A DNA stretch of 64,000 nt from Haliotis rubra (taxonomy: Eukaryota), in assembly GCF_003918875.1 (NCBI RefSeq), contig NW_025767087.1:806001-870000 (forward strand). The letters are read 5' to 3'. Of the stretch, positions 51,734 through 64,000 are shown piece after piece. The stretch's first letter is position 1, and each line of letters begins with the position of its first letter. The translations under genes and the position numbers were made by a program. Under the pieces are notes generated by a model, which was given only the letters and a program-made list of their open reading frames with translations, did no database searches and was not told where the DNA came from.

Positions 51734-54256
51734 TTCAGTGACATCATAAAGAAACGTTTTGTTCATATATTCATTTGTTTTACACAAATCGTTGAATGAT
51801 TCCAACATCTAACCTGGACGTCACTGTATTGATCCTGTTATTGCAAACAATTCACGTCCGTTTGTGAAAAGTACCCACTGTACTTATATAGTGCTGTGTG
51901 TTCTTAAGAGAAAGATGAGTCAATATTTTCATGATTTTGTGTTCCTCATGTGCTAGTAGTGTTGTTTACAATGTTTACAAATAAAGTTTTTCAAAATTGT
52001 TGATTTTTTTTATTGNNNNNNNNNNNNNNNNNNNNNNNNNNNNNNNNNNNNNNNNNNNNNNNNNNNNNNNNNNNNNNNNNNNNNNNNNNNNNNNNNNNNN
52101 NNNNNNNNNNNNNNNNNNNNNNNNNNNNNNNNNNNNNNNNNNNNNNNNNNNNNNNNNNNTTGCCTATTTTGATTTAACAGTCTTAACCTAAATACATTTT
52201 CATGTAAACAGACTGGAATTTATTCCACTTTTAATTTTATTTCCAGTTCAGTGAATCACACTCATCATCAGTGAAATAAAATTATGTTTTATCAGATAAA
52301 TTCAGTTATACCACTATACACATAATTCGCAATACGTTATAAATAATGTATGTATTTTTTAATGGCACCTATATGAGTAATACACTTAAAGAGAGAGCCT
52401 TCAGAGATGTCAACTTTGGCATTAAAAGACCCTTCCCTTTTATAAATATGTAGACACGTTGACTATCAATGGTATCTATCAAAACGTAGCGTAGTGGTTA
52501 AAGCGTTAGTTCATCACGCGGAAGACCTGGGTTCGATTCCCCACATGGGCACAATGTGTGAAGCTCATTTCTGGTTTACCCCGCTGTGATATTGCTGGAA
52601 TATTGCTAAAAGTTGCGTAAAACTAAACTAAATTCACTCACTCTATCAAAACGCAGCGCAGCAAGAAGAAATAACATTGTACAGACAACGTTGAACATTG
52701 CGCACTGTAGGCTCAAAACACGACAAAGTTTTCTCAAAAGTCGCTATGGATGGAAGGATGACGTTTTGCGAACACAAACAAAAGATAAACATTTAAATAA
52801 TATTTCGAATATGGAGCCAGTGCATGTAGTGTTTATCTCAAGATTATAACTGGTACGTTGTTTTAGGTTACACAAAATCCAATGTTTCCCCTCAGACTTC
52901 CATAGTAACGTTATACTGTCTTAAACATATCCAGGCCTTTAACAGTCAGTACCATATGTGTTTGCCTTAACATGGCAATGTCCCCCGCCGCTAAAGAAGC
53001 ATGAAATATAACATATTTACTCATTTCTATCTATTGGTCAACAGTAGATTATCTTTTGTGTGATGTAGTTTTTAGTCATGGTCACTTCTCAGAATCTTCT
53101 CTTAACTCTGGAGTTATTTCAGGAATATATCCAATGCACATATCCAATGTCAGTCTCATTGTGTATTAGGGGTGGGACGAGTCTAAATTTTCTACCCTGG
53201 TACCCCACCCTCTATTACCCTACCCTACCCAACACTATCCTGATACCCGTTATGTTAATTCCTGACATCAAATTTGTAAGAATGGCAATATATTCTTCAG
53301 CTCGAAGGCTAAAATTTCGAGTTTTTCAATGTCTTAACCATGTATTATATTCAAAACAGGTGTCTGTAAATAATGTCTAAATCTTCAAAGACAATACAAC
53401 ATTTAAGTGACTGGTGTCTGCGTAATCATCCAATGTAGGTTGTCACCAAATTTGAAGACATTGGGTAAAACAGTTCATGAGATACTAATATCCCGTTAAC
53501 AAGAATCAGGACGTACGGATGCTGCTAAATACATAGTCCCCCGTTCCGCGTTGGGGGGGGGGTGGAGAAGAGAACAAAATCACAAATTTTGGCCAGGTTA
53601 ACAAATTCCTTTTTCGAATACAGGAAGTTGAACACACAAACTCCAGTTCCGCACCAAATGTCACCTACTTGAAAATATCTCTGCACACATTCAGCTCAAG
53701 TCATTTTGTCAAAAATCCAGTACTAAATATTGAACATTTTGGTCCGTTATAATTACTCGATGAATGTATATTAAATGTCTGTCTGTCTGTCTGCCTGTAT
53801 GTATGTGACTGCTGCACTTATTGTAGGAGTAAAACGTGTACAATTTCACTGAATGCCATCTACTGCATTTCGGTGACTACCTGCTTGTCTAGCTATAGTG
53901 TCACCTAATCTCGACCCGAGTACACACATACCTGAAGTGTGCGATATGCGATAACGCCCACCCAGACCAAGGCAAGGGCTGCACGTACTATCAGCTGCAC
54001 ATATTTTATAATAGCCTAGCTCTGAGCAGGAGTAATATGTTGCATGCATTAACTCGTCTCAACACATTTGTGTTATCTTCAATTATATCAGAATGAACAC
54101 ATTCATACCCTGTGCCTTTGGAAACACTAAAATCAATCTTCTTTATAGAAGCGTTGCTATTGACCAAGAAAAAGTGTTTACATGTATTCTTAACCAATCA
54201 ACGCGTGCGTTAGAAGTCACGTGACAACGACAACAGCGTCCTTGGAGAATGTTCCT

Positions 54257-54267
54257 ATGAATCAGCA
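54257..54267 (+). promoter_or_regulatory. ARE-like element upstream of G7
   Basis: Same motif as G6, 101 nt before the ATG. Confidence 0.5.
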
Positions 54268-54357
54268 GATTTGATATCTCGCTGCTGTAGGAACTTTAAC
54301 CCTTACCAGTCGACTTCGAAATTCTGACGAGGGACGGACGCAATCCACCGAACAGAC

Positions 54358-57300
54358 ATGCCTACCTACAAGTTTAAATCTTTCAACGCCCGAGGGTTCG
54401 GCGAGGTGTCTCGCATTCTGTTTGCCCTAGCTGGACAAGAGTACACGGACGAGCGGTTCACACAGGAAACATGGCCAGCCGAGAAACCGAGTAAGCAATT
54501 ACTAGAATATCTATCTGTATTACTGGAAACACAGGTTGTCAGGAGATGCATTTCGGCCGTTGGGTGGTTGTCGGCACGTATGAACTCGGAATGTAGGGGG
54601 GTATACCTGACAACGATCCCAACTGCCACGAGTCAAGGTGTTGGGTTGCATCCTTTTAACTGGGCCAGGGCGCAGAGTGTAAGGTTGCGACATGCTTTTA
54701 ATGTTTTCCGAGCTCATTTGCTGGGAGGATTTTATAAAGGAACCTTTTTGGTATTTTTTCATTAACAAGAACACCACCAAACTGACCTGGGCAGAAAAAA
54801 GGCTATAATACAGGGTCACGTGTATCTCAAGTAGAACAAAAGAATTTAAATGTTTTTAATGTAATTGGCACGGACAATTACTGACGCTCAAGATATAAAG
54901 TGACGTCACTCACAGATCTCTTTAAGTTATTCTTTCTGATGCAATATCTTTCTATCTAGAAGATCAATGTAACTGTCAGTGGACTTTGCACTGATCAAGG
55001 TCAACGGTGCACTCATTGACTCAATATTTGCAAGTATTTTATGTCGCTTCCTGTTAAGCGAGATTCGTTTCTGTTGTATATTTTACGCCTCACCCAGCCA
55101 CAATTGACGGACAGACAGACAGAAAAAACTTTATTTCGAAATATCGGCCTATGGCCTATAATACAGTCACAGAATTTGGCAGTTTCATGAAACTGTGGTC
55201 ATAATTTGTATTGGGATCTTACTTTAAAAACATAATGTGAAAATAGTGTTGTGCCGTATATAACTTGAGGGTTTTGGGATTGCAAAAATGACGTCATAGT
55301 TAGTGGGCCTTTGTAGGTAGACATTGGAGTTGTTCAAAATAGTTGTCTCTGTGCTGCTGATATTTGTCACATCGCAAGAATACATGATTTTCAGTTTCTT
55401 TTTCTGCGGCATCACTGAGTGAACACAAGCAGTTTGAAATAGGTGCATCCTCATTAAGCCTGTACATGTTCACTTTAAAGTGAAGCTGTTATTCGGAATA
55501 CGAAACCTGATAAGTGCACGGTGTTTATATTTTTTTAGTTCTGTTATGTAGGGCTCAAGGCGAAGTTCATATGTAAACATATTCATACTTATGTGAATAA
55601 TGGCTGAGAAAAGTGGAGCTGTTGATTTCGTTGTGCCAAGTTTGGTAAGCAATATCCTTCAATCGGTTGTCTGTAATGGTTGGTCCAGTGATTGATATCA
55701 TGAGCATTGGTCTACGCAACGACACCCAAAACGACAAGCATGGGTTGCTGAAAACTCTCAGCATGAATCGGTTTAACTAAGCAATGTGAAAATAAGGATT
55801 TTGAGTAAGAACTATTAAAAGATACTTTTCCTTCCTCCTTGAATTAAGATTTTGAATCACGTTCAGATATACATGTGTTTAACCCTTTCATATAGCTCAA
55901 AAAAGGTTTCTTTGAATATCTATTTCATATACAATAGTTAAAATAGACATTCTTCGTTGATTAAGTCCTTGTTCTATATTCTAAACAGTTACTTTTGTAT
56001 ATTGGAGGCCAGAAAATCCCAGCTAAATATAGGGTGGCCAATGGTGTAAGGCACCCACCAGAGCAGGATCCGCTGATCGTCAGTTCGAATTCCATTTTTG
56101 ACCTTATTACTCTCCTTGAATTTGTCAACACAACCTCAGCGCGCAGAAGTAGCCCTTCATCACTTTGTACGTGAAAGCTTCTGAAATTGAAATATTAAGC
56201 CTCTTTAAAAAATCGATAATGTCTGTTCTCTTATGTTGCAGACGTTCTGCTCGGACAGATGCCTGTTCTGGAAGTGGACGGGGCGGCATACGGACAGAGC
56301 AGCGCCATTGCCAGATTCCTCGCAAGAAGATTCAGTAGGGATTCAAACTCATTCTTTCTGCAATAGATGTTTGTTATTTAACGCCGCACTTTGCCTCGTT
56401 TTAGCGTATCAATGATCGTTGCAGTTTTTTAATAGAGAACTGGTTATTGCTGTTCTAACTGTGAGTGTTGTGTTGTAGATTTCTATGGTTCGGGAGACAT
56501 CCAAGCCCTTGAAGTGGACCAGGTCCTGGGTGTAGTCCAGGACATTATAAATGCCATGATCAAAGCCTTTTTTGAGAAGGATGAAGCAAGGAAGGTAAGC
56601 TACAGTGCCTTGACTCGTCAGCATCCTATACGTGGTGACCGTGGCGACGTAACAAACACGTTACGACATGCTACTTGTTGTTACCCTGTCTGGTTCTTGT
56701 CTTCTAGGGGGACACAATGAGTGAGTGAGTTTAGTTTTACGCCGCACTCAGCAATATTCCAGCTATACGGCGACGGTCTCTAAATAATCGAGTCTTGACC
56801 AGACAATCCAGTGATCAACAGCATGAGCATCGATCTACGCAATTGGGATACGATGAAATGAGTCAACCAAGTCAGCAAGCCTGACAACCTGTTCCCGTTA
56901 GTCGCCTCTTACGATAAGCATGGGTTACTGAAGATCGATTTCATACCCGGATCTTCACGGGTCTAGGGGGAACGAGCGAGGACAATATATACTTCCTCCG
57001 AGTAAAATGTGTCGGGAGTTGGGGGTTAGAAACCATTCTCACCTTAAGGAATTTGTGTTGGATCTGAACAGGCGCAGTTCAAGACGGAGAACAAAGAAGA
57101 AAAGCTGCCGCTGTATTTGGGGATGCTGGAAAAGCTTCTGGTGAAAAACGGCAGTACAGGATTCTTCGTCGGCAAATCGGTAACCACATGTCAAATTGTC
57201 CTTCTTCAAAACCCACATGAATCTTCCTCTCCACATACAAACATTAAACTCCGTGTATAGCGAACTTGCTTGTAACGAACTGACAGATACAAGGACCTGC

Positions 57301-58833
57301 TGTTTTAGCTGTCGTGTAACGAACGACAGTTATAACGAATTAAAATTAGTGGCCCGTTGTAGTTCGATATAACCGTAGTTTACTGTATAACTGTTACAAA
57401 TAGAACCGATTCTGTTCTTATCGTATTGTTATTTATAATTTATATTATAAAAAAAATAGATGTCGACGAAGTACAGTAAGACCAACTGGAATATCACAGC
57501 ATCAAGAATTAAAATTAGCATCTACCCCTAAAATTGGATTTCAAATTAGGAAATATAAAAACTGCCTGAGTATCGCCAACAACTGAAGGTAGATCACCAT
57601 ACTAGGGACCACGGGGACAGTACTTGTGTTACCTGCATGGACCCTTGGATTTACACCATTCCTTCAGCCGCTGGCGATTGTACTAAATTTTTGCCATCGC
57701 ATACAACAAACATACTACGATTAAAAGCTTGGTAGAGCTAAATTTACTTTAAAATTTCTGGGACATACGTGCCCTCTCAGGAATTGTCTTCATGAAATGT
57801 GAAAAAGATCACAATATTATTATAGGCATCACAATCACAGTGTTCATAACAATCGTATACCGATTATCTATCAGTCGCTGTTGTCACTATCAGAAACATA
57901 TGAAAGAGAATCACAGCTATGAAAATCACCTGTCCAGTGATCATGAAAATATCACCATGTAAGTTTCATTCATCGTCAGCTGATGAAATCCACAATCCTA
58001 CTCCGAACACAAATAATTCAGATACAAACATTTCACCGAAATCACGGAAATGTAGGTCTGTGTGATTTCATAACGAAAAGAAAATAGTTGTAACCATTCT
58101 TTGTGAGAATATTTCAAGAAGTCAATGGACCCGTTGTTAGTGTATGGGACGTAGCATTGCTAAAAAGCCAGCTTACCTTGAGAAAATAGTTGTAACCATT
58201 CTTTGTGAGAATATTTCAAGTAGTCAATGGACCCGTTCTTAGTGTATGGGATGTAGCATTGCTAAAAAGCCCACTTACCTTGAGAAAATGGTGGTAACCA
58301 TTCTTTGTGAGAATTCGGTGCTTTCACATTTATCTTTGACATTAATTCTAAATGGCATTGTGTATTTTATAATCTTTGACTCGCTGTGCGCATTAACCGT
58401 TGTCACACGTAAAAAACTATTCATAACAGCTTTTCTTTAGAGTGTGTTTACGACCAAACCGGAACTAGGCCAGTGGATATTTTTACACGCTCTGCGCATG
58501 CGCACAGCTGGTCTTAAAGTAATGTGAAACCACCGAATAGATCGAGCAGACTAGGGACCCGTTGCACAAAGCTACGTTAGAGCTACAACCTGTCCGTGTT
58601 AAAGTAATGGAGATTTAGTGCTGAGATCTGTTAGTGCAAGTGGGCCCAGCAGTATAAATGTCATCTGTTTTCAGATTACCCTTGCTGACGTCACTGTGTT
58701 TGACATCTGCGACAAGATCCAAGCAATGGTGGACTTTGACAAGTTCCCGCAGGTCAAGAAATGCCGGGAAAGTGTAGCTTCTAACCCAAAAGTCAAGAAA
58801 TGGGTTGACACGAGGCCCGTCACAGAAAACTAG
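54358..58833 (+). CDS. GSTS: Sigma-class GST G7 (recent duplicate of G6, Tyr8Ser), 202 aa; exons 54358-54490, 56242-56334, 56479-56594, 57072-57179, 58675-58833
   Basis: Near-identical to G6 with intact frame and splice sites. Codon 8 is TCT (54379-54381) instead of TAT. Confidence 0.93.
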
Positions 58834-59065
58834 TTCAGTGACATCATAAAGAAACGTTTTGTTCATATATTCATTTGTTTTACACAAATCGTTGAATGAT
58901 TCCTACATCTAACCTGGACGTCACCGTATTGATCCTGTCATTGCAAACAATTCACGTCCGTTTGTGAAAAGTACCCACTGTACTGCAATTAGGTATGGAA
59001 AAGGTTGCTTTCAAGCTTTTGTGTCCCTGACATATATATAGTGCTGTGTGTTCTTAAGAGAAAGA

Positions 59066-59273
59066 GGGGCGGTGGGGCGGTGGGGTGGTGGGGCGGTGGG
59101 GTGGTGGTGGTGGGGTGGCCTAGTGGTTAAAGCGTTGGCTCCTCACGCCGAAGACCCGGGTTCGAATCCCCACATGGGTACATTGTGTGAAGCCCATTTC
59201 TGGTGTCCCCCGCCGTGATGTTGCTGGAATATTGCTAAGAGCGGCGTAAAACCAAACTCAGTCAGTCAGTCAG
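59066..59273 (+). mobile_element. SINE family A in the G7 3' UTR with an expanded G-rich head
   Basis: TSD TTAAGAGAAAGA; empty site in G6 near 51904. Confidence 0.9.
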
Positions 59274-61346
59274 TTAAGAGAAAGATGAGTCAATATTTTC
59301 ATGATTTTGTGTTCCTCATGAGCTAGTATTATTGTCGCTTCGCTACATGTGCTTATGAAGAAGATGTTTTCAATATTTACAAATAAAGATTTTTCAAAAT
59401 TGTTAATTTTTTCTGATTGTTGTNNNNNNNNNNNNNNNNNNNNNNNNNNNNNNNNNNNNNNNNNNNNNNNNNNNNNNNNNNNNNNNNNNNNNNNNNNNNN
59501 NNNNNNNNNNNNNNNNNNNNNNNNNNNNNNNNNNNNNNNNNNNNNNNNNNNNNNNNNNNNNNNGCTTGCCTATTTTTGGTTTAACAGTCTTACCCTAAAA
59601 ACATTGTCGTTTAAGCAGACAGGAAGTTATTCCGCTTTTCATTATATATTTCCAGTACAGTGTGAAATAAAATTATGTTTTATCAGATAAATTCAATTAT
59701 ACCACTATACGCATAATTCGCAATACGTTATAGCTAATGTATGTATTGTTTTAATGGCACCTATATGAGTAATACACTTAAAGAGAGAGCCTTTATAGAT
59801 GTTGACTTTGGCATTAAAGGACCCTTCCCTTTTTATATATGTAGACACGTAGACTATCAATGGTATCTATCAAAACGTAGCGTAGTGGTTAAAGCGTTCG
59901 TTCACCACGCGGAAGACCTGGGTTCGATTCCCCACATGGGTACAATGAGTGAAGCTCATTTCTGGTGTCTCCCGCTGTGATATAGCTGTGATATTGCTCA
60001 AAGCGGCGTAAAACTAAACTAAATTCACTCTATCAAAACGCAGCACAGCGAGAAGAAATAATATTGTTCAGACAACATTGAACATGGCACACTGTATGCT
60101 CAAAACACGACAAAGTCGCTATGGATGCAAGGATGGCGTTTTGCGAGCACAATCAAAAGCTAAACATTTGAGATGATATTTGGAATTGGAGCCAGTGAAG
60201 GTAGTGTTTATCTCAAGATTATAACTGGTACGTTGTTTTAGGTTACACAAAATCCAATGTTTCCCCTCAGACTTCCATAATAACGTTATACTGTCTTAAA
60301 CATATCCAGGCCTTTAACAGCCAGTACCATATGTGTTTGCCTTAACATGGCAATGTCCCCCGCCGCTAAAGAAGCATGCAAAATAACATATTTACTATCT
60401 TTTATCTATTGGTCTACAGTAGATTATCTTTTGTATGATGTAGTTTTTAGTCATGGTCACTTCTCAGAAACTCTGGAGATATTTCAGGAATATAGTAGAT
60501 TTGAATGCACATATCCACTGTCAGTATCAGTGTGTATTAGGGGTGGGACAGGTCTAAATTTTCTACCCGGGTACCCCACCCCCTATTACCCTACTCTACC
60601 CTACCTGATACCCGTTATGTTAATTCCTGACATCAAATTTGTAAGAAATGGCACTACATTCTTCAGTTCGAAGGCTACAATTTCGAGTTTTTCAATGTCT
60701 TAACCATGTATTATATTCAAAACAGGTGACTGTGAATAATGTCTAAATCTTCAAAGACAATACAACCTTTCAGTGACTGGAGTCGGCGTAATCATCCAAT
60801 GTAGGTTGTCACCAAATTTGAAGACATTGGGTACAACAGTTCATGAGATATCGTGTTAACAAGAATCAGGACGTACATACGGACGTACGGGCGGTGCTAT
60901 ATACATATATACAAAAACACAAATTTTGACCAGGTTAACCAATTCCTTTTTCGAATACAGGAAGTTGAACACACAAACCCCAGTTCCGCACCAAATGTTC
61001 CGCACCTACTTGAAAATATCCCTGCACACATTCAGCACAGGTCATTTTGCCAAAATACCGGCACTAAATATTGAAAATCATGGTTCGTTTTAAGTACTTG
61101 ATGGATGTCTATTAAAAACACAACACTCCTCAACAAACAAACAAACAAACAAAAAATAATAATAATCCAATCACACCTGTCAGGTAATTCTGTCTGCAGC
61201 GCAGGCTACGGAAGTTGCTTGTTTATCTGAATCACACTTCGGCGCAGTGATGACTTAGCATAACATCACTTCCACAGGCTAATTTGCATATCACGTGACC
61301 GGACTTTTTCTCTGTAAACAAACATATGAGAGGGCAGATTTAAGAT

Positions 61347-61880
61347 TTAAGAAGTTTTATATTCTTTTAGTCTTATGTTGAAGGGCCGACAAGTTTCTGT
61401 AATATAGCTGCTTCCACAATCACAACTAATTCTGTAGACGCATCTTTTGGGATTGGGTTTAGCCTGGTTGCTGCCGCCTCTGCCGTTTGCTCTCAGCATA
61501 GTTTTCAAGCTTTTGTCAGAGTAAAATGTCACATCAACACTGGCAGGTTTTCGAAGAAGTCGGCTGATGTGATGGCTAATCTGAGTTTGGTAGTGAATAT
61601 TGATTCTGATGGGAGCTGGTTCGGGTTTAGGAGGACGGTCATTTCGTTGGTGGAGGTTGGTGACTATGGTCTGTTCTACAAGTTGAGGGTGATGAAGGTT
61701 GTTTTGAGGTGGTCTACTTCATCTTGGAGTTGGGCTGGGTGGCAGATTGCCTTGGCGCGTCTGGTCGAAACTATGGCTCGTTTTATTTGTGGATGGTGTT
61801 TGGATAGATAGTGAATATACTGGTCAGAGTGTGTTGGTGCTCTATAGACAGAGGGAGTGATCTTGTCGGAGGAGTTGTCG
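61347..61880 (-). mobile_element. Penelope-like retroelement fragment (RT thumb + GIY-YIG endonuclease)
   Basis: VYRAPTHSDQYIHYLSKHHPQIK and CVYRISCDCGSSYITETCRPFNIRLKEY motifs. Confidence 0.85.
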
Positions 61881-62339
61881 AGCGATACATCAGGCTGAAC
61901 CAGTGCCAGAGGATAAGTCATTGTCGGTCGTACATATAAGGATAAATAAACACGAATGACAAACCGCATTCGTCTAATATACATTTAACATTAGCAAGCC
62001 ATGGTGAAGCACCCATATCATATTCTAGCATTTGTGATAAAACATTGTGAATTATAACTGACATTTTACTTCGATGTACATTAGTAGCAAGTTTAGACCA
62101 ATATCAAATTATTCGCTATTTAATATTAATACAGAGATAGAAAGGCGTCCAGTCTCTCCATAGGGCATGTAGATTGGTGTACTCTTGCGTAGTTTCAGGA
62201 AAGATTACATGAATAACCTGTGAACATATTCTTAAATGTTTATATTTGAATATCCCCCACCTCGTAACCATATAACATGATTGGTAGGACCGTGCAGTCA
62301 AAACATTTCTAGCATTTGAGAGGATAACAGGCACTGCTT

Positions 62340-62915
62340 TTAATGCTTGATAGTGAAGTGCCCAAATAGCTTTTGTGAATTTACGATTTTGGTGAAACTG
62401 TATTCCAGGTAGACATAATCGTCAACGGTAAACTTATTTTTGCTTTTCTTTGCTGGTCCCGTTCCAAAGATGACCACATTGGTTTTGAGTACGTTTACTG
62501 TTAACTTCCAATATCTGTGGAAAAACTCCAGGCAGTGTTGTAGTTGTTCCCGGTTGTCAGCTAACAGAACTGTGTCCTCAGCGTATAGTAACAGCATTAT
62601 CTTCATATTGTATGGAATTGCTTCCACTGTAACTCCTTTACAATGATAATAATTTATATGGATTTCGATGTGGTTTAAAATTAGAGAAAATAATAGTGGT
62701 GATAGATGTTCTCTTGCCGGACACCTTTTCACAGCGGAAGAATCCTGCGATTTCATTGTTATATTTGATACAAGATTTGATATTGTCAGACATGTTGAAT
62801 ATTACTGAACATAATTTTCCATTTATTCCATATGAGAGAAGTTTCTGCCACAGTCCAATTTCTCGATCCATTGTCGAAGCCTTATGAAAGTCAATGTATG
62901 CAGAGTATCATTTGG
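62340..62915 (-). mobile_element. Decayed LINE reverse transcriptase fragment (CR1/RTEX-like)
   Basis: IDFHKA..., LWQKLLSYGINGK, LSPLLFSLILN and LLYAEDTVL motifs across frameshifts. Confidence 0.8.
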
Positions 62916-64000
62916 TCTTTGTTGACTTCAGTAGATCTATTAGGCTGTTGAGTACAAATATATGGTCTGTAGTAGCGTATCCCTTTCTAAAACCTGCTTG
63001 AAAACATCACGTTTCCTTGCTAATCTCTCACTCATCTCATCATGCACAATCTTCACAAAATCATCATGACTATTGCCTATATATGCCTGGTCCTGCACAG
63101 ACGCTTCTAACCGATTAATCATATCCAACAGTTGTCTACATGTAAAATGCTTGTGGTAACACTTGTTGGAATGGATCAAATATAAAACTGGAATCAATTT
63201 AGAACCAAATGTAACACACATCATATTTAGTTACAAAGAAAAAAGAAACGATGTACTAAACTTGATTTTTATTGTTACCAAACATTACATATATACATGC
63301 AAATGCCAGACAAAAAGACGCACATAAATGGCGTTAAACTATAACGTCAGTAAGCAGCTTCTCTATACAGATTGTAGATCTGAAATTTTTCATCTCCTTC
63401 TAATACCCATGCCACAACCTTTTTACATATTCCTTTTTGTCACACTCTGCCATATTGAAATGTGTGCCATAAAACAGAAACTGTCTTGATCTACAAGGTA
63501 CGCTATTTGGAAAATGTATGTAGTACATGTTGTGATACCTACAAAAATGAAATAAAGTGATTAAACAAACCCAACAGTTGTTTCAGAGTATGTGGTGGAT
63601 CAGAAGGTGGATCAGATGTGATAATTTCTCAAAATCCTCAGTTTCAGTATCACAAATTTGAGGGTCCAGTTCTATCATCCAAGGGGCGGTGGGGTAGCCT
63701 GGTGGTTACAGCGTTCGCTCGCCACGCTGAAGACCCGGGTTCGATTCCCCACATGTGTACAATGTGTGAAGCACATTTCTGGTGTCCCCGACGTTATATT
63801 GCTGGAATATTGCTACAAACGGCGTAAAACTAAACTCACTCACCCCATCATCCAAGAAAGAAAAAAATGATACATTTTCAATAAAACATCCCCGTCAAAC
63901 ATGCCCACGCAACCAGCACTGTTAACTAGCTCAGGCGGACGCAGCACTTTGAAATTGTTACAATTTTCTAAACATTCATATGAAACAAAACAATAATCAA

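Larger units (their letters stand above)
46920..61115 (+). repeat. Tandem duplication of the G6/G7 unit: about 46920-53775 and about 53780-61115
   Basis: Near-identical promoter, exons and introns; gap-free junction at a (GTCT)n(GTAT)n tract near 53777-53805. Confidence 0.92.

Noticed and set aside
15922-58833. Calling the genes S-crystallins or prostaglandin D synthase
   Set aside because: No long helix 4-5 insertion, and specific activity cannot be inferred from sequence; annotated only as sigma-class GST.
46920-61115. G6/G7 as a purely allelic, uncollapsed-haplotype artefact
   Set aside because: A gap-free contig (52160-59423) joins the 3' flank of one unit to the promoter of the next, supporting a real tandem arrangement; copy number remains uncertain.
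61205-61300. Cluster of ARE, ETS, octamer and E-box motifs as a promoter of an eighth GST
   Set aside because: No GST exon follows; it adjoins the Penelope fragment and short motifs occur by chance.

Overview
Repeat-rich animal genomic DNA with 7 assembly gaps. It is probably a mollusc, most likely an abalone-like gastropod; this is inferred from the GST type and SINE content, not verified. The window holds a tandem cluster of sigma-class glutathione S-transferase genes, all on the + strand, sharing five coding exons (133/93/116/105-108/159-162 nt, about 202 aa). There are five complete genes (G3-G7), one gene whose 5' exons lie before the window (G1), and an intact but headless exon 3-5 duplicate (G2). 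Introns and spacers carry three SINE families, Tc1, MULE, hAT, Harbinger-like and Helentron-like DNA elements, Penelope and LINE relics, and microsatellites. The main candidates are: (i) G2 as a possible alternative C-terminal cassette; (ii) loss of the catalytic Tyr8 in the young duplicate G7; (iii) a non-tRNA SINE with a precise 5' end and a structure-conserved pseudoknot head; (iv) a positionally conserved Nrf2/CncC-type ARE upstream of every complete gene; (v) hypervariable H-site helix 4. All alignments were done by eye.
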